From Isurus oxyrinchus (lineage: Eukaryota), in NCBI GenBank assembly GCA_026770705.1, contig JANJGN010000012.1, positions 100,006,001-100,070,000 on the forward strand: DNA of 64,000 bases. Direction: 5' to 3'. The notes below the pieces were generated by a model. The model did no database searches. It was not told the DNA's origin and saw nothing but the letters and a program-made list of their open reading frames with translations. Both the position numbers and the translations under genes were made by a program. Below are positions 1 to 13,432 of the stretch, piece after piece (the first letter of the stretch is position 1; each line of letters starts with the position of its first letter).

Positions 1-289
1 ATCAATTTGAGACCTAGATTATTTTACCTCCAATGGGCCCCATTTATATCAGGCTAGCTAACCGCTTGCCCACGGCTAGAGGTGGCTAGCCAGAGGCTGT
101 CTGCTGACTGGGAGGCAAGAAGGAGGAAAAGGAGGTTAGTGGAGCCTTCTGTGCAAAAAATGGGAGTGACCCTAGGGTATCTGGATCCAAGACTTTCCCA
201 AATGAGTTTAGCACCTTGGGGGTCTAAAGCAGCATTCCTGTCTTTCCTGGCACCAGAGAGAAAGTTTAAAACCCACCAAACCACCCAAG

Positions 290-660
290 GGACACCACCA
301 ACCACCTGACCACCGCCCCCTCCCTCCTGACTGACCACCCACCCACTGAACACCCAACCACTTGACTGACCACCCGACCCCCCACTTCCTGATCCACCAA
401 GTAATCAGCTGACCCAACCCCCGCTGACCATCCCCACATCCAAACCAACCCCCCCCGACTGATCCCCCTAAAATGACCCTCCTGACCAACCGACCTCCCC
501 GACCAACTGACACCCACCCGACTGACGACCTCCACTGAAAACCCAACAGCCATAACCCACTGACCAACTGACACCACTCCTCCAGCACCAACCAACCGAC
601 CACCCCACATCCCGCAACCCCAACCCCCCCGATCCTACCCACTTACCTTACTAACTTACC
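290..660. repeat. C/A-rich degenerate tandem repeat (ctgacc/ccacc/ccaacc units) within an interspersed repeat
   Basis: Visible low-complexity run with strong C skew. Followed by 'acttacc...ttaaac...tgtaaaaa', as is the similar array at 40960-41330. Confidence 0.8.
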
Positions 661-879
661 TACTCCCTAGCTTCTGAAATGTACCTTTAAACTTGTCTGC
701 TTTATGACTGCTAGTGCTGTAAAAATAGACGTGTGGTTTCCTTATGTCCGACTCTCCAGCCCTCGACACAAGGCCTCAGTAATGCACTGCTCTAGACTGT
801 TCCTGCCCGGCTTGAGAGTCAGAAGGTCAGGTGAGAAAAAAGAGGCTGGATTTCCAAGAAACTAGTGCAAGGATTTCCC

Positions 880-1577
880 GGTCGGTGAACGGGGGATGGG
901 GTGAGCTCGCTGAAGCATAAAGTGGCGTGGGATGATGTTGGGCGGAACTCTCGATGTCACCCTGCCTCATTTCAATTTTCAGGTCAGTGGGGGCTCAGCC
1001 GAATCAGCTGTGCGCCCGCCGACCTGTCAATGCCCTCAATAGGCCATTGACAAACTCATTAATGTAATTAGTGGACCTGCCCATCCAACCTTAAGGTTGA
1101 TGGGCAGGCCGGGAGACAAGGCAAGCTAAAGAAAAAGAATGAAACCTCATCCAAGGGTGGGATGAGGTTTCATGTAGGTTTTAACATTTTTAATAAAATT
1201 GTCAATGAAAATGATGGGCATGTCCCAACTCATGTGACAATGTCACATGAGGGGACATGTCAGGGAAATTTATTTCTTCTGTTTTTAAAATATTTTTTCA
1301 GACAGGAGCCAATCTCCCTGAGGCAGCACTTGGTCTCAGGGAGATGAGCACGCTCTTTTGCGCGCATGCATGAAGGAGTGCAATCTTGGCTCAGGGAATC
1401 TGCCTCCAATCACACAAGGAGCGCATAGTGCTTCCTTGCTGACGTCACGCTGGACGGGCGTTAATTGGCTCACCCACATAAAATGGCGGCGCGCCCCCAA
1501 TTGGGTGCGCTGATCGAAGGCGCGCCTCCACGCACCCGCTCCTAAACTTCCCCCCCAACGGGGGGACAATTCTGCCC
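880..1577 (+). mobile_element. Non-autonomous Harbinger-type MITE with three internal hairpins (left end approximate)
   Basis: Ends in 'aattctgccc' (TIR-like). Internal inverted repeats at 1076-1108, 1139-1173 and 1219-1259. Homologous to 13433-14030 and 29567-30238. Confidence 0.7.
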
Positions 1578-1614
1578 TAGGAGTGCCACTCCACAGAAGT
1601 TGAGGCCCATCATT

Positions 1615-1985
1615 TAATCTAGTTAGGCCTCATCTGGAGTACTGCATCCAGTTCTGGGTGCCATACTTGTGGAAGGATGTGAAGTGAACATCAAGAACTC
1701 GAGGCCATAGATTCAAAAATAATTGGCAAAAGGAATAAATGTGATGTGAGGAAATTTTTTTTCACCCGGGTGGTGGTTGGAGTCTGGAACAAACTTCCTG
1801 AAAGGGTGGTGGAGGCAGGTTCAGTCGAGGTATTCGAAAGGGAATTGGATTGCTACTTGAAAAGAGAGAATGTGCAAGGTTACGGGGATAAGGCAGGGGA
1901 GTGGGACTAGGTGGAATGCTCTTTCAGAGAGGCAGTGCAGACTTGATGGGCCGAATGGCCTCCTTCTGCACTGTAAAGATATTGT
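1615..1985 (+). mobile_element. CR1-like LINE 3' fragment
   Basis: 'gttaggcctcatctggagtactgcatccagttctgg' ([12 protein letters not shown]), and the tail 'gatgggccgaatggcctccttctg' shared with other CR1 copies in this window. Confidence 0.8.
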
Positions 1986-2339
1986 GATACTATGAATCTA
2001 CAACAGACCAAGACATTAGGTAATGAAAACCCTCCTGGCAGCTCTCCAAGATCCCTGTTGCATCCACAAGATTCCATCCATTGGCAACTGAAGATCCAAA
2101 GTCACCAATTCCTCTCAAAGTGTACAGTGCTTATCATAGGTCAGATTTTAAATTACTCATCTATTGTAGCCCAAAATATTATGTAGGGGAAGGATGAGCT
2201 AAATTACCTCTTTTAGTTATATTCACCTTTGGGATGTTTGTGGTTATACTGTAGTCTACAGGCTACTCTTCCTCTATTTTATTGGCCATAACGTAGGGGC
2301 AGATTACAATGATACTAAACTCCACTTTTTTTTCTCTTT

Positions 2340-3405
2340 CAAGGAGTGTGGGTGTTGCTGGCTAGGCCAGCATTTATTGCCCTTTTCTAACTGCCCTTGT
2401 GAAGGTGGTGGTGAGCCACTGCAGGCCATGTGGTATAGGTACACCCACAATGCTGTGAAGAAGGAAGTTCCATTGAATTTGACCCTAAGATAGTGAAGGA
2501 ACGCTTATATCGATCCAGGTCAGGATGGTGTGTGGCTTGGAGGGAAACTTTCAGGTGGCGCTGTTCCCATGCATCTGCTGCCCTTGTCCTTCTAGGTAGT
2601 AAAGGTCCCGCGTTTGAAAGGTGCTGTCGAAGAAGCCTTGCTGAGTTGCTGCAGTGCACCTTGTAGATGGTACACACTTGCTACTGTGCATCAATGATGG
2701 AGGGAGTGAATATTTAAGGTGGTGGATGGGTGCCAATCAAATGGGCTGCTTTGTCCCTGGATGATGTCCAGTTTCTTGAGTATTGTTGGAGTTGCACTTG
2801 TCACACGCTTACTTGTGCCTTGTAGATGGCTGCAGAATTCCCAGCGCCTGACCTGTTCTTGTAGCCATAGTATTTATATGGCTGGTCCAGTTCTGTTTCT
2901 GGCCAACGGTAACCCCCAGGATGTTGATAGAGGGGACTGAATGTCAAGGGGAGATGGTTAGATTCTCTTTTGTTGGAGATGGTCATTGCCTGGCACTTGT
3001 ATTGTGTGAATGCCACTTATCGGTCCAAGCCCAAATATTGCTCAGGTCTTGCTGCATACAGACACAGACTGCTTCAGTATCTGAGGGGTTGCAAATAGTG
3101 CTGAACATTGTGCAATCATCTGCAAACATCCCCACTTCTGGCCTTATGATGGGGGGAAGGTCATTGATGAAACAACTGAAGATGGTTGGGCCGAGGACAC
3201 TACCCTGAGGAACTGCTGCAGTGATTTTCTGGGGCTGTGATGATTAACCTCAACAACCACAAACATTTTCCTGTGTGCTAAGTATGACTCCAAGCAGTGG
3301 AGAACTTTCCCTTGATTCTCATTGATTCCAGTTTTGCTCAGGATCCTTGATGCCACACTCAGTCAAATACTGCTTTGATGTCAAAGGCAGTCACTCTCAG
3401 CTCAT
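2340..3405 (-). mobile_element. Decayed LINE (CR1/L2 group), RT C-terminal part and 3' tail
   Basis: Minus-strand reading gives an RT 'QGSVLGPTIFSCFINDLP'-like motif near 3150-3210. The tail 'ggcaataaatgctggcctagccagc' is also seen at 57880-57930. Confidence 0.75.
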
Positions 3406-5009
3406 CATTGTAATAAACGTGCCATACTGTGTAGTTAGGAATTATTTGAATTGTGTATTTTTGACTTGATAGTACAGTAGGTTGTGCCCAATCAGTTGCA
3501 GCACTTCTAGCATCAGACCCTCATGTAACCTGGCACAGATACTTGAAGCTCACTGCAGTAATTGCAGTACAAGCACCTAACACTGACTGTGTGCAATGCT
3601 CAGGAAGGCTTGACATTCCTTACAAATTAAGGGGCTCCCCATCAATACGGTTGGGCGATTGAGCAGCTCCCCCGACACCAAAGGCACATCTCCAATGGTG
3701 ACTTCAAGGGAGTCCATGCAAACAATTAAAAATCTTGCACTTGAATTATTACTGGCTCAGATTTTCCTTGGCTTCTAACAGCCAATTCTTGCAAAGTAGA
3801 GCCAGGACCCTTTCAATAGCTGCTGCCCCACAATAAAGCCATCTTTGACTTCCATGCCATGCCAAACACATCATGCCTTGAATGCACAAAAATATTAAAT
3901 GAGCTGACCACACTTTCTTAGATGAGATTAGTTCAAATGTACTGCAGGTGTACACAGTACCTGAGTTGCAGTCTTTTTGATATAGGTGTCCATTATATCT
4001 TTTAAATGTAGCCAGTTCCATATGGCAAGACACTTCTATTAGTTTACAACTATAGTTGGACTAACTTTAGGAAACAATTTTTGATGATTTCACAAGTTAA
4101 TGGTCCTACCCAATGACCAGAGCAATCGTTCCATGCACAATGGCAAGAACTGTTGAATTGTAAATGTTCTAGAATTTATCTTTATGTGTATAGAGTTTTC
4201 TATTATATGAAGTATATATTTAGATATAAGTCTATTCACCTTACTATTCTGCACTTTTTACTATTCTGCACTTTTAACAGTTTAAAACAATGTGTTTAAA
4301 GATGATTTCTACCAGAGGAGCCTCAAGTTAAGGCCAACACAAATCTGATCCACTCATATTCTCTGTTTTGTACATCTTGAATCTTTATAAAAGCAAGTTA
4401 GTTTAGTTTATTTTCCAAATTAGGTCTAGGTTTTCTGAGCTTTGAATGTTATTTACCAACATGACTTTTCCTTTTAATTTTGGATGGAGGAGTTATAATT
4501 TTTGCAAATCTCATAAAAAGTTACAGATTTTTTGAAACTCTTGTTTAATTAATTATCACTGCCATTTTGAGATCAACAGTCAGAATTGTAGTGAAAATAG
4601 TGGAACTAAAAAGTGCGTAAAATATTATTAATCTGTAGAAAGCCGTGTTTCATTTGACCAGAAAGCTTTTGGCTCTTAGAGTAGTTAAATTCATAATTTT
4701 CTTTCATTGCCATGGAGCTAATCATTGGAGATGACATTTTCAGCCCACTTAATAGCTTAAAGAATTTTGGATCAAAACCTTGGGCTATATAAATAACATT
4801 TTTCTTCTGACAAAACAAATGTTCAGTGTTAACTCTCCTGGATAATTTGCCAGAAAACACTGGGAGTGATTGTCACATTAACATTTTAGTGTTCTACAGG
4901 CAAAAATATTGCTGCTCTGTAAACTTTTATTAATGTATTTTTACACACTGCACTGAGCATCAAGAGTTATACAAGAGAAACTTGCATTTATATAGTGTCT
5001 TTGACATAA

Positions 5010-5180
5010 TAAAACACCACAGGAAGCTTTCAGATGTATAATCGGACCAAATGTGACCCCAGTCAAAGGAGGGGGCATTAGGACAGGTGACCAAAAGCTC
5101 AGTTGAAGAGGGCTTTTATGAGGCATTTTATTAAAGGAGGATAGAGAGGTAGATAGACAGAGAGACGGTTTAGGGAAAGT
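5010..5180 (-). mobile_element. L2-like LINE/SINE 3' tail fragment
   Basis: 'ttaggacaggtgaccaaaagct...ttaaaggagg' matches, in reverse, 47440-47520. Confidence 0.5.
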
Positions 5181-6285
5181 CTGGTAGTCAGTTTTTCCCA
5201 TCACACATCTCTCATCTTCCTTCATTCACTTCAGTCTGCTCCAAAGCACCAGGCATAGCTTGATGTCATGGACTGACAGCAATATATCTGCAGTAGAAAA
5301 GGTGGAGTTGCTAATTCACACAGTATCCACCATGTTAAGATGAAATGATATAAAGTTTGAAGTATCTGTTACAGAGTTCACCATATTTTTGAAAAAAGCT
5401 TTCATTGACAAAAGCCTATTCAATACATTTAAATCTCTTCAGTAATTAAGCCCTTATGAAAAAACACATTTATATCTATATCAAAGACTGCTAATCACTT
5501 TATAACCACTTGGACCTGTCAGTCAAACAGTGAGCATACAAGCCCCCACTATGATAAAGATAGGTTGTGGAAGCAGTCAAGCAATACTAATACAATAATG
5601 ATAACCCTCGGGCTATGTCAACAAACATCTAATGAAGTTTTTAAAATTTTTCACTGAGACACACAGCAAGCTATTTTTTTCCCCAAATTTAAAGAGCAGG
5701 GGATTTAAATGACTCACAGTTCTACGGGCCTTAACAATCATGAAGCACACTCCTGTCTCTTAACCATCCCAAAAGGGTACCTGCACTATCCAAAAGGTTA
5801 CCTTGTCCTCTCCAAAAGGATATCTGATCTCTCCAAAGAACTCCAGTAGGTTTAGACATTTTCCTCAAATTTGTGTTTATAAACCTGGCTGACAAAAGTT
5901 GCTTCTGAGTGAAGGCAATTGCACTTTTAAATGTGATGCTGCCTCCATAAACCACAGATGTGTGAAATACATCCCACTTCCAGTCCTCCCCAGTGAAAAT
6001 GGTGGGTGCCAGATACGGGGTGTTATTTGGGGCCAGATCCAGGGCTTCCATGCCATTTTGGTTAAGGCTCAGATCCCTTCCCTCTCCATGAAAATTCAGG
6101 CCAAGTTGCAAAACATAAACAACGCTTCTTAGCTCTGTAAATTACCACAAGATCAAGAATCAAAAATTATAGCATAAGCTAACTTTGACATCAGTTAATA
6201 TTTTGTAAAGTCGATCATTTAATCTGATTGGTTTTTGATGCATCTGAATTTATTTCAAATTATTAATTTCTATTTTTCACTATAG

Positions 6286-6375
6286 GATGTTTTTCCATAT
6301 GACGGTGGCTCATCGAAACAAAGTAATACATCACAAGGTCATGGCTTGAATCCTTGGGCTAACTGGCGCTATTCG
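6286..6375 (+). CDS. Internal coding exon (phase 0/0, 30 aa DVFPYDGGSSKQSNTSQGHGLNPWANWRYS), repeat exon A of a cadherin cytoplasmic tail
   Basis: Acceptor 'tttttcactatag', donor 'gtaaga', 90 nt open in frame 0. Paralogous to exons at 13027 and 15100. Linkage to the terminal exon is inferred from strand and phase. Confidence 0.75.
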
Positions 6376-6952
6376 GTAAGAACAGACCACTGTATGTTCT
6401 AATGTATGTGGCTTTTATAGAGACACATTAATATACTACACAAAGCCTAGAGATAGCAAAGGATGGGACTTTTATTCTTTGCCTTTCTGCATGTACTTAA
6501 CAGTTGTTTGAACCTGTTCCCTCTAGTTGTAACCTTAAACAAAACATAAATTGTCCCTTTGACAACTGTACAGGATGTAAATAGCCCAGAAATACTACTA
6601 GTATGCTAAATATTATGGTTCTGAGCATACCTTGGGTGCTTGCCTAAAAGAGACAGGAAGATAGATTTGAAGAGTGCCTGGTTTGGAGGCTAGAGGCTGG
6701 GTGTCCACTGGAAAGAATTGTTCTTTATTCCCTTGACTCCATTTGTGTTCTTTATCTTTGGGGGCCAGGTCACAACTAGATCCATAGGTAATCCCCACAA
6801 TTGTTAGTTATCAGAGAAGTACACCTGTTCTGCTGAATCCTGTCAAAGGCATAGGCTACCAGAACTCCTAATGCAAAGAAACCCCATTCCTCCCTGTGCC
6901 AATGACAGAGGCCATTGTTCCAAAAAGGTCCACTTGGAAAATCCAATTCTAT

Positions 6953-7745
6953 GGCCGGAATGTTCTGGCCCTGTTGTCATCAGGTGTCATGGTGGTTGTT
7001 GGGGTGGGGGACACAATATGGTGAGAAGGCCAAAAAATCGGTTTTACGCCATCATGAAACTAGTCTGCGATCTTCTGCTCCACCCATCAATGGCGGGCCG
7101 CATTTTCTGCCACTGTAGGTCAGAAACCTAATTTCAATACTTCAGCATCTCATTATAAGCCCTGCAGACCGAAATCATCTCCCTGACACTGGATCATCCA
7201 GGCATACACTGACGTGTTTCACAACTATACATAAGCAACTTGCACCTGTCGAGCTGCATTTCACTTGAGATTTCAAGGTTTGTTTGCCTACCTTGCTTCG
7301 GCAGCACTCACGGTCATCAGGCTTCACAGGCAACACCACATCACTTTTAGGGAGGCTCCCGGCCAGGTCTATACCTACCAGCCATAGGGTGGAGTGGCTT
7401 TTCAACAGCTGCAGGGCTTGGATTTGCTTGGAGAAGGGGGAAAAATGGCCTCATGCAAGGGAAGAGGCTGCAGGGCGAGGGCTGTACTGGGGAAGGAGGG
7501 TATCCCAGGCTGTGTGTGGGGGTACATGTTGTTTTATCCAAGTGGCCTCAAGATGGTGAGGGCTGGGGAGGCAGTCTCCAGAGGAGATGAGGCCAGATGG
7601 AGATGTGAGGGCGTGTGTGAGAGAGTGAGTAGTGATGACCCTTGAGCTGGCAGTGAGTGAGATGCCAGTGAATGTGTGATGGCCTTGTGAATGTGAGAGT
7701 TCAGAGTGATGAGATGGTTGCCTTACCGTGGTGGCACGGATGAGA
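6953..7745. mobile_element. Internally deleted Harbinger derivative: transposase-side terminus fused to a Myb/SANT intron 1 fragment (- strand)
   Basis: 7085-7170 is the reverse-complement homologue of ~40320-40410. 7600-7745 is the reverse-complement homologue of the Myb exon1/intron1 at ~32700-32840. Confidence 0.65.
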
Positions 7746-8029
7746 AGTAAGAAAGGTTAGTCCAAATAAAAGTTAAAAGAATATACAATTAAGTTCTTTG
7801 CTTGTCCATGAGGCATAGAACAATAGAAAAGTTATGACACAGTAATAGGCCATTCAGCCCACCATGTTGGAACTTGCCGGAAAAGAAAAAAGAAAAAACA
7901 GCTGCCCATTCTAATCCCACTTGCAGCACTTTAGATGCCATTTTAATGAGTTGAGGGTTTCTGCCTCCACTACCAAACGAGACAGCAAATTCCAAACACC
8001 CACCACTCTCTGCATGAAGAAGTTTTTCC

Positions 8030-10378
8030 TCAAGTCCCCTCTAATCCTTCTACCAATGACCTTAAATCTGTGCCCTCAGTAATTGACCTCTCCGCTAAGG
8101 GAAACAGGGCATCCCTGTCTACTCTATCTAGGCCCCTCATAATCTTGTACACCTCAATCAGGTCACCCCGAGCCTCCTCGGTTCCAAGGAAAACAACGCC
8201 CAGCCTATCCAATTTTTTCTCATAGCTGCAATTTTCAAGCCCTGGCAACATTCTTGTAAATCTCCTCTGTACCGTCTCCAGATCAATTATGCCCTTCCTG
8301 TAATGTGGCAACCAGAATTGCACACAAAATTCCAGCTGAGGTCTAACCAGTGTTTTATACAATTTTATTATTGCATCCCTGCTTTTGCATTCTTTACCTC
8401 ATCCAATAAATAAAAACATTCCATATGCTTTCTTTACCAACTTAACCACCTGTCCTGCCATCTGCAGGGACCTGTGGACATGTGGTCTCTCAGTTCCTCT
8501 ATCCCTCCCAATATCCTTACATTTGTTATGTATTTCCTATCTCTGCTTGCAGTCCCCAAATGTATTATCACACATTTCTCTGGAGTGAATTCCATCTGCC
8601 ATTTTCTACCCATTTAACCAATCCATTAACATATTTATGGAGACAACAGCTATCCTTTTTACTATCAACTACATGTCTAATTTTTGGCTCTTCTGCAAAT
8701 TTCCCAATCATGCCACCCACATTTAATTCCAAATCATTAATATATACAACGAACAGCAAGGGACCCAATACTGAGCCCTGTGGAACACCACTGGAAACCA
8801 CTTTCCATTCGCAAAAACATCCATCAATCATTACCCTTTATTTCCTGTTGCTGAGCCAATTTTGGATCCAACTCGCTACATTGCCCTGTATCTCATGGGC
8901 TTTTACTTTTCTGATCAGTCTGCCATGTGCGACCTTGTCAAATGCCTTACTAAAATTCATGCAGACAATATCCACTGCACTACCCTCATCAATCCTCCTC
9001 ATTACTTCCTTAAATGATTTGATTAAATTAGTAAGGCACGATCTTCCCCTAACAACACCATGCTGAATACCCCTGATGAATCTGTTCCTTTCTAAGTGAC
9101 AGTTTATCCTGTCTTTGAGAATTGATTTTAATAATTTTCCCACCACCAAAATCAGACTGACCTGCTATAATTTTCTGGCCTATCCCTTGCACACTTTTTA
9201 AATAATGGTATAACATCCGCCGACCTCTAATCCTCTGGGAGCTCACCTGTATCTAGTGAGGATTGTATCTAGGAGCATCCACTATTTCCTCCCTGGCTTC
9301 CTTTAACAGCCTGTGATACAATCCATCTGGTCCTAGTGATTTGTTCACCTTCAAGGATGTCAGTCCCTCTAATTCAACCTCTCTCTCTATGCTTATTGCA
9401 TCTAATATTTCACACTCCTTTTTAACCAGAATATCTACATCATCCCTCTCCTTCATGAAGACAGAGACAAAGTGCTCATTGGGACCCTGCCCACATCTTC
9501 AGCACCAACGCACAAGTTACCATGTACACCTCTGATAGGCCCTACCCTTTCCTTAGTCCTTCTCTTGCTCTTAATTTACTGGTCAAACATCTTTGGGTTT
9601 TCTTTGATTTTACCTGCTAATATATTTTCATATCCTATCTTTGCTTTCTTAATTACCTTTTTCAGTTCACTCCTCTAGGCTTTCTACAGTATTAAATTTT
9701 TTGTGACTGTTGTAAGCTTTTGTTTTCTGCTTTAAATACTTTGCATGCTTCCAGATAACTATGGGGCTCTAGATTTGGCATACCGCCCTTTTTCTTTGTG
9801 GGGACATGTCTACACTGTGCCTGTAGAATCTTTCTTTTCAATGCCTCCCACTGGTCTGTCATGATTTCCCTTCAAGGAGCTGCGACCAGTCCACTTTTGC
9901 TAGATCACCTCTTTCCCCAATTTAGAACTTTCACTCCTGTTCTACCTTTATCCTTTTTCATAATTATGCTAAATCTAGCTGTATTATGGTCACTATCTTC
10001 AAAATGGTCACCCACTGCTTATTCATCTATTTGCTTAGTTTCATTTCCTAAGACTAAATCTAGAATTGCACACTCTCTCATTGGGCTTGTTACATGCTGG
10101 CTTAAAAAAGTTCTTTTGAATGCAGTTCAAGAATTTTGTGCCCTCTGTGCTATTACACTATTTGTATCCCAGTTGATATTAATGTAGCTGACGTTCCCAA
10201 TTATTATTGCCCTATTGTTTTTGCACTCAGGAATTTGTCTACATATTTGCTCTTCTATCTTGCTTTCACTATTTGGGGGCCTATAGTACACTCCCAGTAG
10301 TGTGGCTGCCTTTTTATTTCTGAGCTCAACCCATGTGGCCTCATTTGATGCTGCATTTAGTATATCATCCCTCGTCAC
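8030..10378 (-). pseudogene. CR1 ORF2 (endonuclease-reverse transcriptase), frameshifted
   Basis: ORF-track pieces 10127-10378, 9253-9456, 8838-9149, 8568-8831 and 8030-8362 carry successive EN/RT motifs. Confidence 0.9.
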
Positions 10379-10809
10379 AGCTATAGTTGATTCTTTAACA
10401 AATAATGCCTACACCCCCACCTTTTTTAGCCCCTTCTCTATCCTGCCTGAAAACTCCCTATACATAGGGAGGCTGAGCTGCCTTTTTGCTCCTCTTTAAG
10501 CCAAGTTTCCGCTATAGCAATGATATCATGCTGCCATTTTCTATCTGTGCCCTCAGCTTATCAGCTTTGTTTGCTATTCTCCTTGCATTTAAATAAATAA
10601 CATTTTAACATAGCCAAATTCCTGTGTTGTAAACCTTTCCACCTTTGCTTCTTTCGTCTTTGAGTCACTCAATAATTTTCTGTCTCCTGTTCCTGGTCTG
10701 AACTTGTCCTATCTGAATCTGCCCTCAGGTTCTCATGCCCTTCCAATCTAATTTAAACCCTCCCCAACAACACTAGCAAATCTCCCTGCAAGGACATTCA
10801 TCCAGGTTC

Positions 10810-11660
10810 TAGTCAGGTGTAGATCATCCAGTTTGTATAGATCCCACCTTCCCCAGAACCAGCCCAATGTTGCACAAAATCTGAAGTCCCTCCTCTGCGC
10901 CATATGTCCAGCCATGCATTCATCTGGTGTATTCTCTTACTCCCATACTCACTAGGACCTGGCCTTGGAAATAATCTGGAGATTACTGCCTTTGAGGTCC
11001 CTCTTTCCGAACTCCAAGAATCAGTCTGTAGGACCTCAGCTCTTTTTCTCCTTATATTGCTGGTACCAATTTGAACCACAATCTCTGGCTGTGCACACTC
11101 ATCCTACAGAATGCGCTGAAGCCGCTCGATGATACCCATGACCATTGTACCAGGGAGGAAACATACCACCCTGGAATCATGTCTGTGATCACAAAAGCAC
11201 CTATCTGTTCCCCTAACTATAGAAACTCCTACCACTATTAATCTCCTACCTTTTCTCCTCCATCCCTGCACAGCTAAGCCACCCATGGTGTTCTCGTCAT
11301 GACTCTCGATGCTCTCTCTAGAGGAACGCTTTCCCCTATCTCAGTACCTGTTAGAAAATGGGATGTCCTCAGGGGTCTGCTGCACTACCTGCCTTGTCTT
11401 TCTTGTCTGCCTGATGGCCACCTAGTCCTTCTCTGCCTGCAGGATGACTACTTTCTGAAATGTGCTATCCACGTAGTTCTCATCCTTGCAGATGCTCCTC
11501 AGTGACACCAGCTGCTCCTCGAGTTCCAAGATATGGCACTCAAGGTTTTTCATTTGGTGTTACTTTCTGCACATGTAGTTTTCCAGGGCATGGGTAGCAT
11601 CCTGGAGTCCCCACAGGGTACAGAATGTGCACTCAACAAGTATGAGCAGCCCTGTCATGC
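10810..11660 (-). pseudogene. CR1 ORF1 with SGNH/GDSL esterase-like domain, disrupted
   Basis: 'LIVVGVSIVRGTDR' (GDS block), 'VCFLPG', 'VQIGTSNI' (GxND block) and 'MNAWL' in ORFs 11104-11286 and 10813-11079. Confidence 0.75.
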
Positions 11661-11929
11661 CTCAAATTATTTATTCATTGCATCGAAATTGGAATTTAAG
11701 TAAACACAATAAAATGTTAATTAACTCTCATTCTATCCTCACATCAGTTATTTTTTTAAACCCCTGACTCTTGCTGGAACTCTCACTCTGTCCTCGATGC
11801 TTTCTTTTCACAGCCTGATTCTCACTGGAACTCTTGCTCTATCCTCACGCCAGTTTTATTTTTAAAATCCCCAACTCTCGCTGCAACACTTTTTTTCAAA
11901 TCCCCAACAGCCATTTTTTCCTTCTTGTA

Positions 11930-12715
11930 TTTACCACTTTAAATAGATTACCAGTAGATTGTTGAACATTGTGACCATTTAAAGTTAGCTGATTTCCTTT
12001 AAAATCCTGGAGTTGAATTGAAGTTCAGATAACATGCACTTTGCTGGAGACAACCTTAGCTTCAGAGAAAGAGAGAAAGAGAGAGAGAGAGAGATTCCTT
12101 ACTACTTTCTTCAACAGTTTTCCAGATGACTTTGATGACTTCTTTCTGTTTTTGGCTTAGCAAAATCAGTTCTTAAACCTCCTATCTGTATATTCCAAGA
12201 GAGGAATTTGATTACCATGTCTTGTTGAAGAAGTAATCACATTTTAGATCTTTCACCTAAGAAACTTTAGACATGTTTCAAGATAGTAGAAGCCAACAGG
12301 AGATGGGGCTATTTTGTCCTCCACAGGGGGTTTTGTGTCAGTTGGTTGTATCTGGCTGGTTAACAGTTATCATTGTCTTGATAGAATTACAGTTGATTAA
12401 AGACTGTCACTTTGCATTTTTAATGCCTTCATTTCAAGACCCTCTTTTTGAAGTGGACGTTGATACCTGCAGGTGTGAAATTCCATGCAATATGTCAGGG
12501 CAAGTCTGCAGTGCAATCAATATAGGAACTTTTCAGAAAAGTGGTCAATTTAAAATACCAGACATCAGGTGACTGGTGATAGCCATCTTTGGTCAGTATC
12601 TTTTCTTGTATTTTTTAAAAGAACAGGCCCTCTTTAAACAGTTCAAGGTGCTTTTGGTTAGCTGGTGAAGTTATAGGTAGATCTCACTCAGTCACAATTT
12701 TTCATTGTCGTAACA
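11930..12715 (-). mobile_element. Possible solo LTR-like repeat containing an (AG)n microsatellite (~12064-12093)
   Basis: Right end 'tcgtaaca' reads TGTTACGA on the minus strand, a typical LTR start. No coding evidence. Confidence 0.3.
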
Positions 12716-13026
12716 ATAGAGAAGTTTGAGTGAGGGGCAAGATCCTGCAAGTCAAGATTCAATCAAAGGCAGGTCAGTGTAATCATCCACAAGATGGGTA
12801 TGGATATCAGGGCCTTATTCACAAGGCAACAGACATACTGAAGGTAATGAGAAGGAGGGGGATAATTGCAGAGAGAGCTAGCAAATTAAAAAAATATAAA
12901 TTCGTAGTGAAGAACTAAACTACACATTCACACTTTAGAAAAGAGCATGAGTTTATTTAGCCTGAATACTTTCAGTTTTTGGGACAATTAAATTAATTTA
13001 GATTTCATGATCTATTTTCATTATAG

Positions 13027-13110
13027 GAGACTTCATCGTATGTAGGTGGCCCATCCAGATATCCTTCACACAGTTACGATTCAAAAGCTTGGGACTCCAA
13101 GGGGTATTCG
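13027..13110 (+). CDS. Internal coding exon (phase 0/0, 28 aa ETSSYVGGPSRYPSHSYDSKAWDSKGYS), repeat exon B
   Basis: Acceptor 'ttttcattatag', donor 'gtaagaacag' (identical to exon A donor), 84 nt open in frame 0. Confidence 0.75.
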
Positions 13111-13432
13111 GTAAGAACAGAACTCTGTATGTCACTAACCAAGGCATTCTTCTCACTCAGAATCCCTAATGTAGGAAAGAAAACTCCTTAGATATGAAAA
13201 AAAACGTACAAAATGTGGAACATTACTTTTTTGGTGTGCTTGGCATTTTATAGCTCTTTTTTCAGAATCTGGTGAACTGTTCATTAAGTTTATCATGTAT
13301 TACATTCCTTAGAATTGAATATTGAATAAAAGGGAATAACTTCATTACACTTTAACAATATTATAGTTCAAACTCTGATAGCAAACTCTATCTTAATTGC
13401 TCTGGCAGTGTCAGTCTGTCTCAAACTGATCA

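Larger units (their letters stand above)
7815..11910 (-). mobile_element. Near full-length but disrupted CR1-type LINE
   Basis: Collinear minus-strand fragments: Cys-rich and esterase-like ORF1, APE endonuclease (LGVYYRPP), RT (GPDG, SCLTNL, FSKAFDKV, VPQGSVLGPLLF), C-terminal VRPQLEFCVQFW. Short tandem repeats in the 5' UTR at ~11750-11910. Confidence 0.9.

Noticed and set aside
54-642. Gly/Trp/Val-rich ORFs on the minus strand
   Set aside because: Artefacts of the C/A-rich low-complexity repeat.
4241-4276. Tandem duplication ttactattctgcactttt x2
   Set aside because: Simple slippage-type duplication with no evidence of function.
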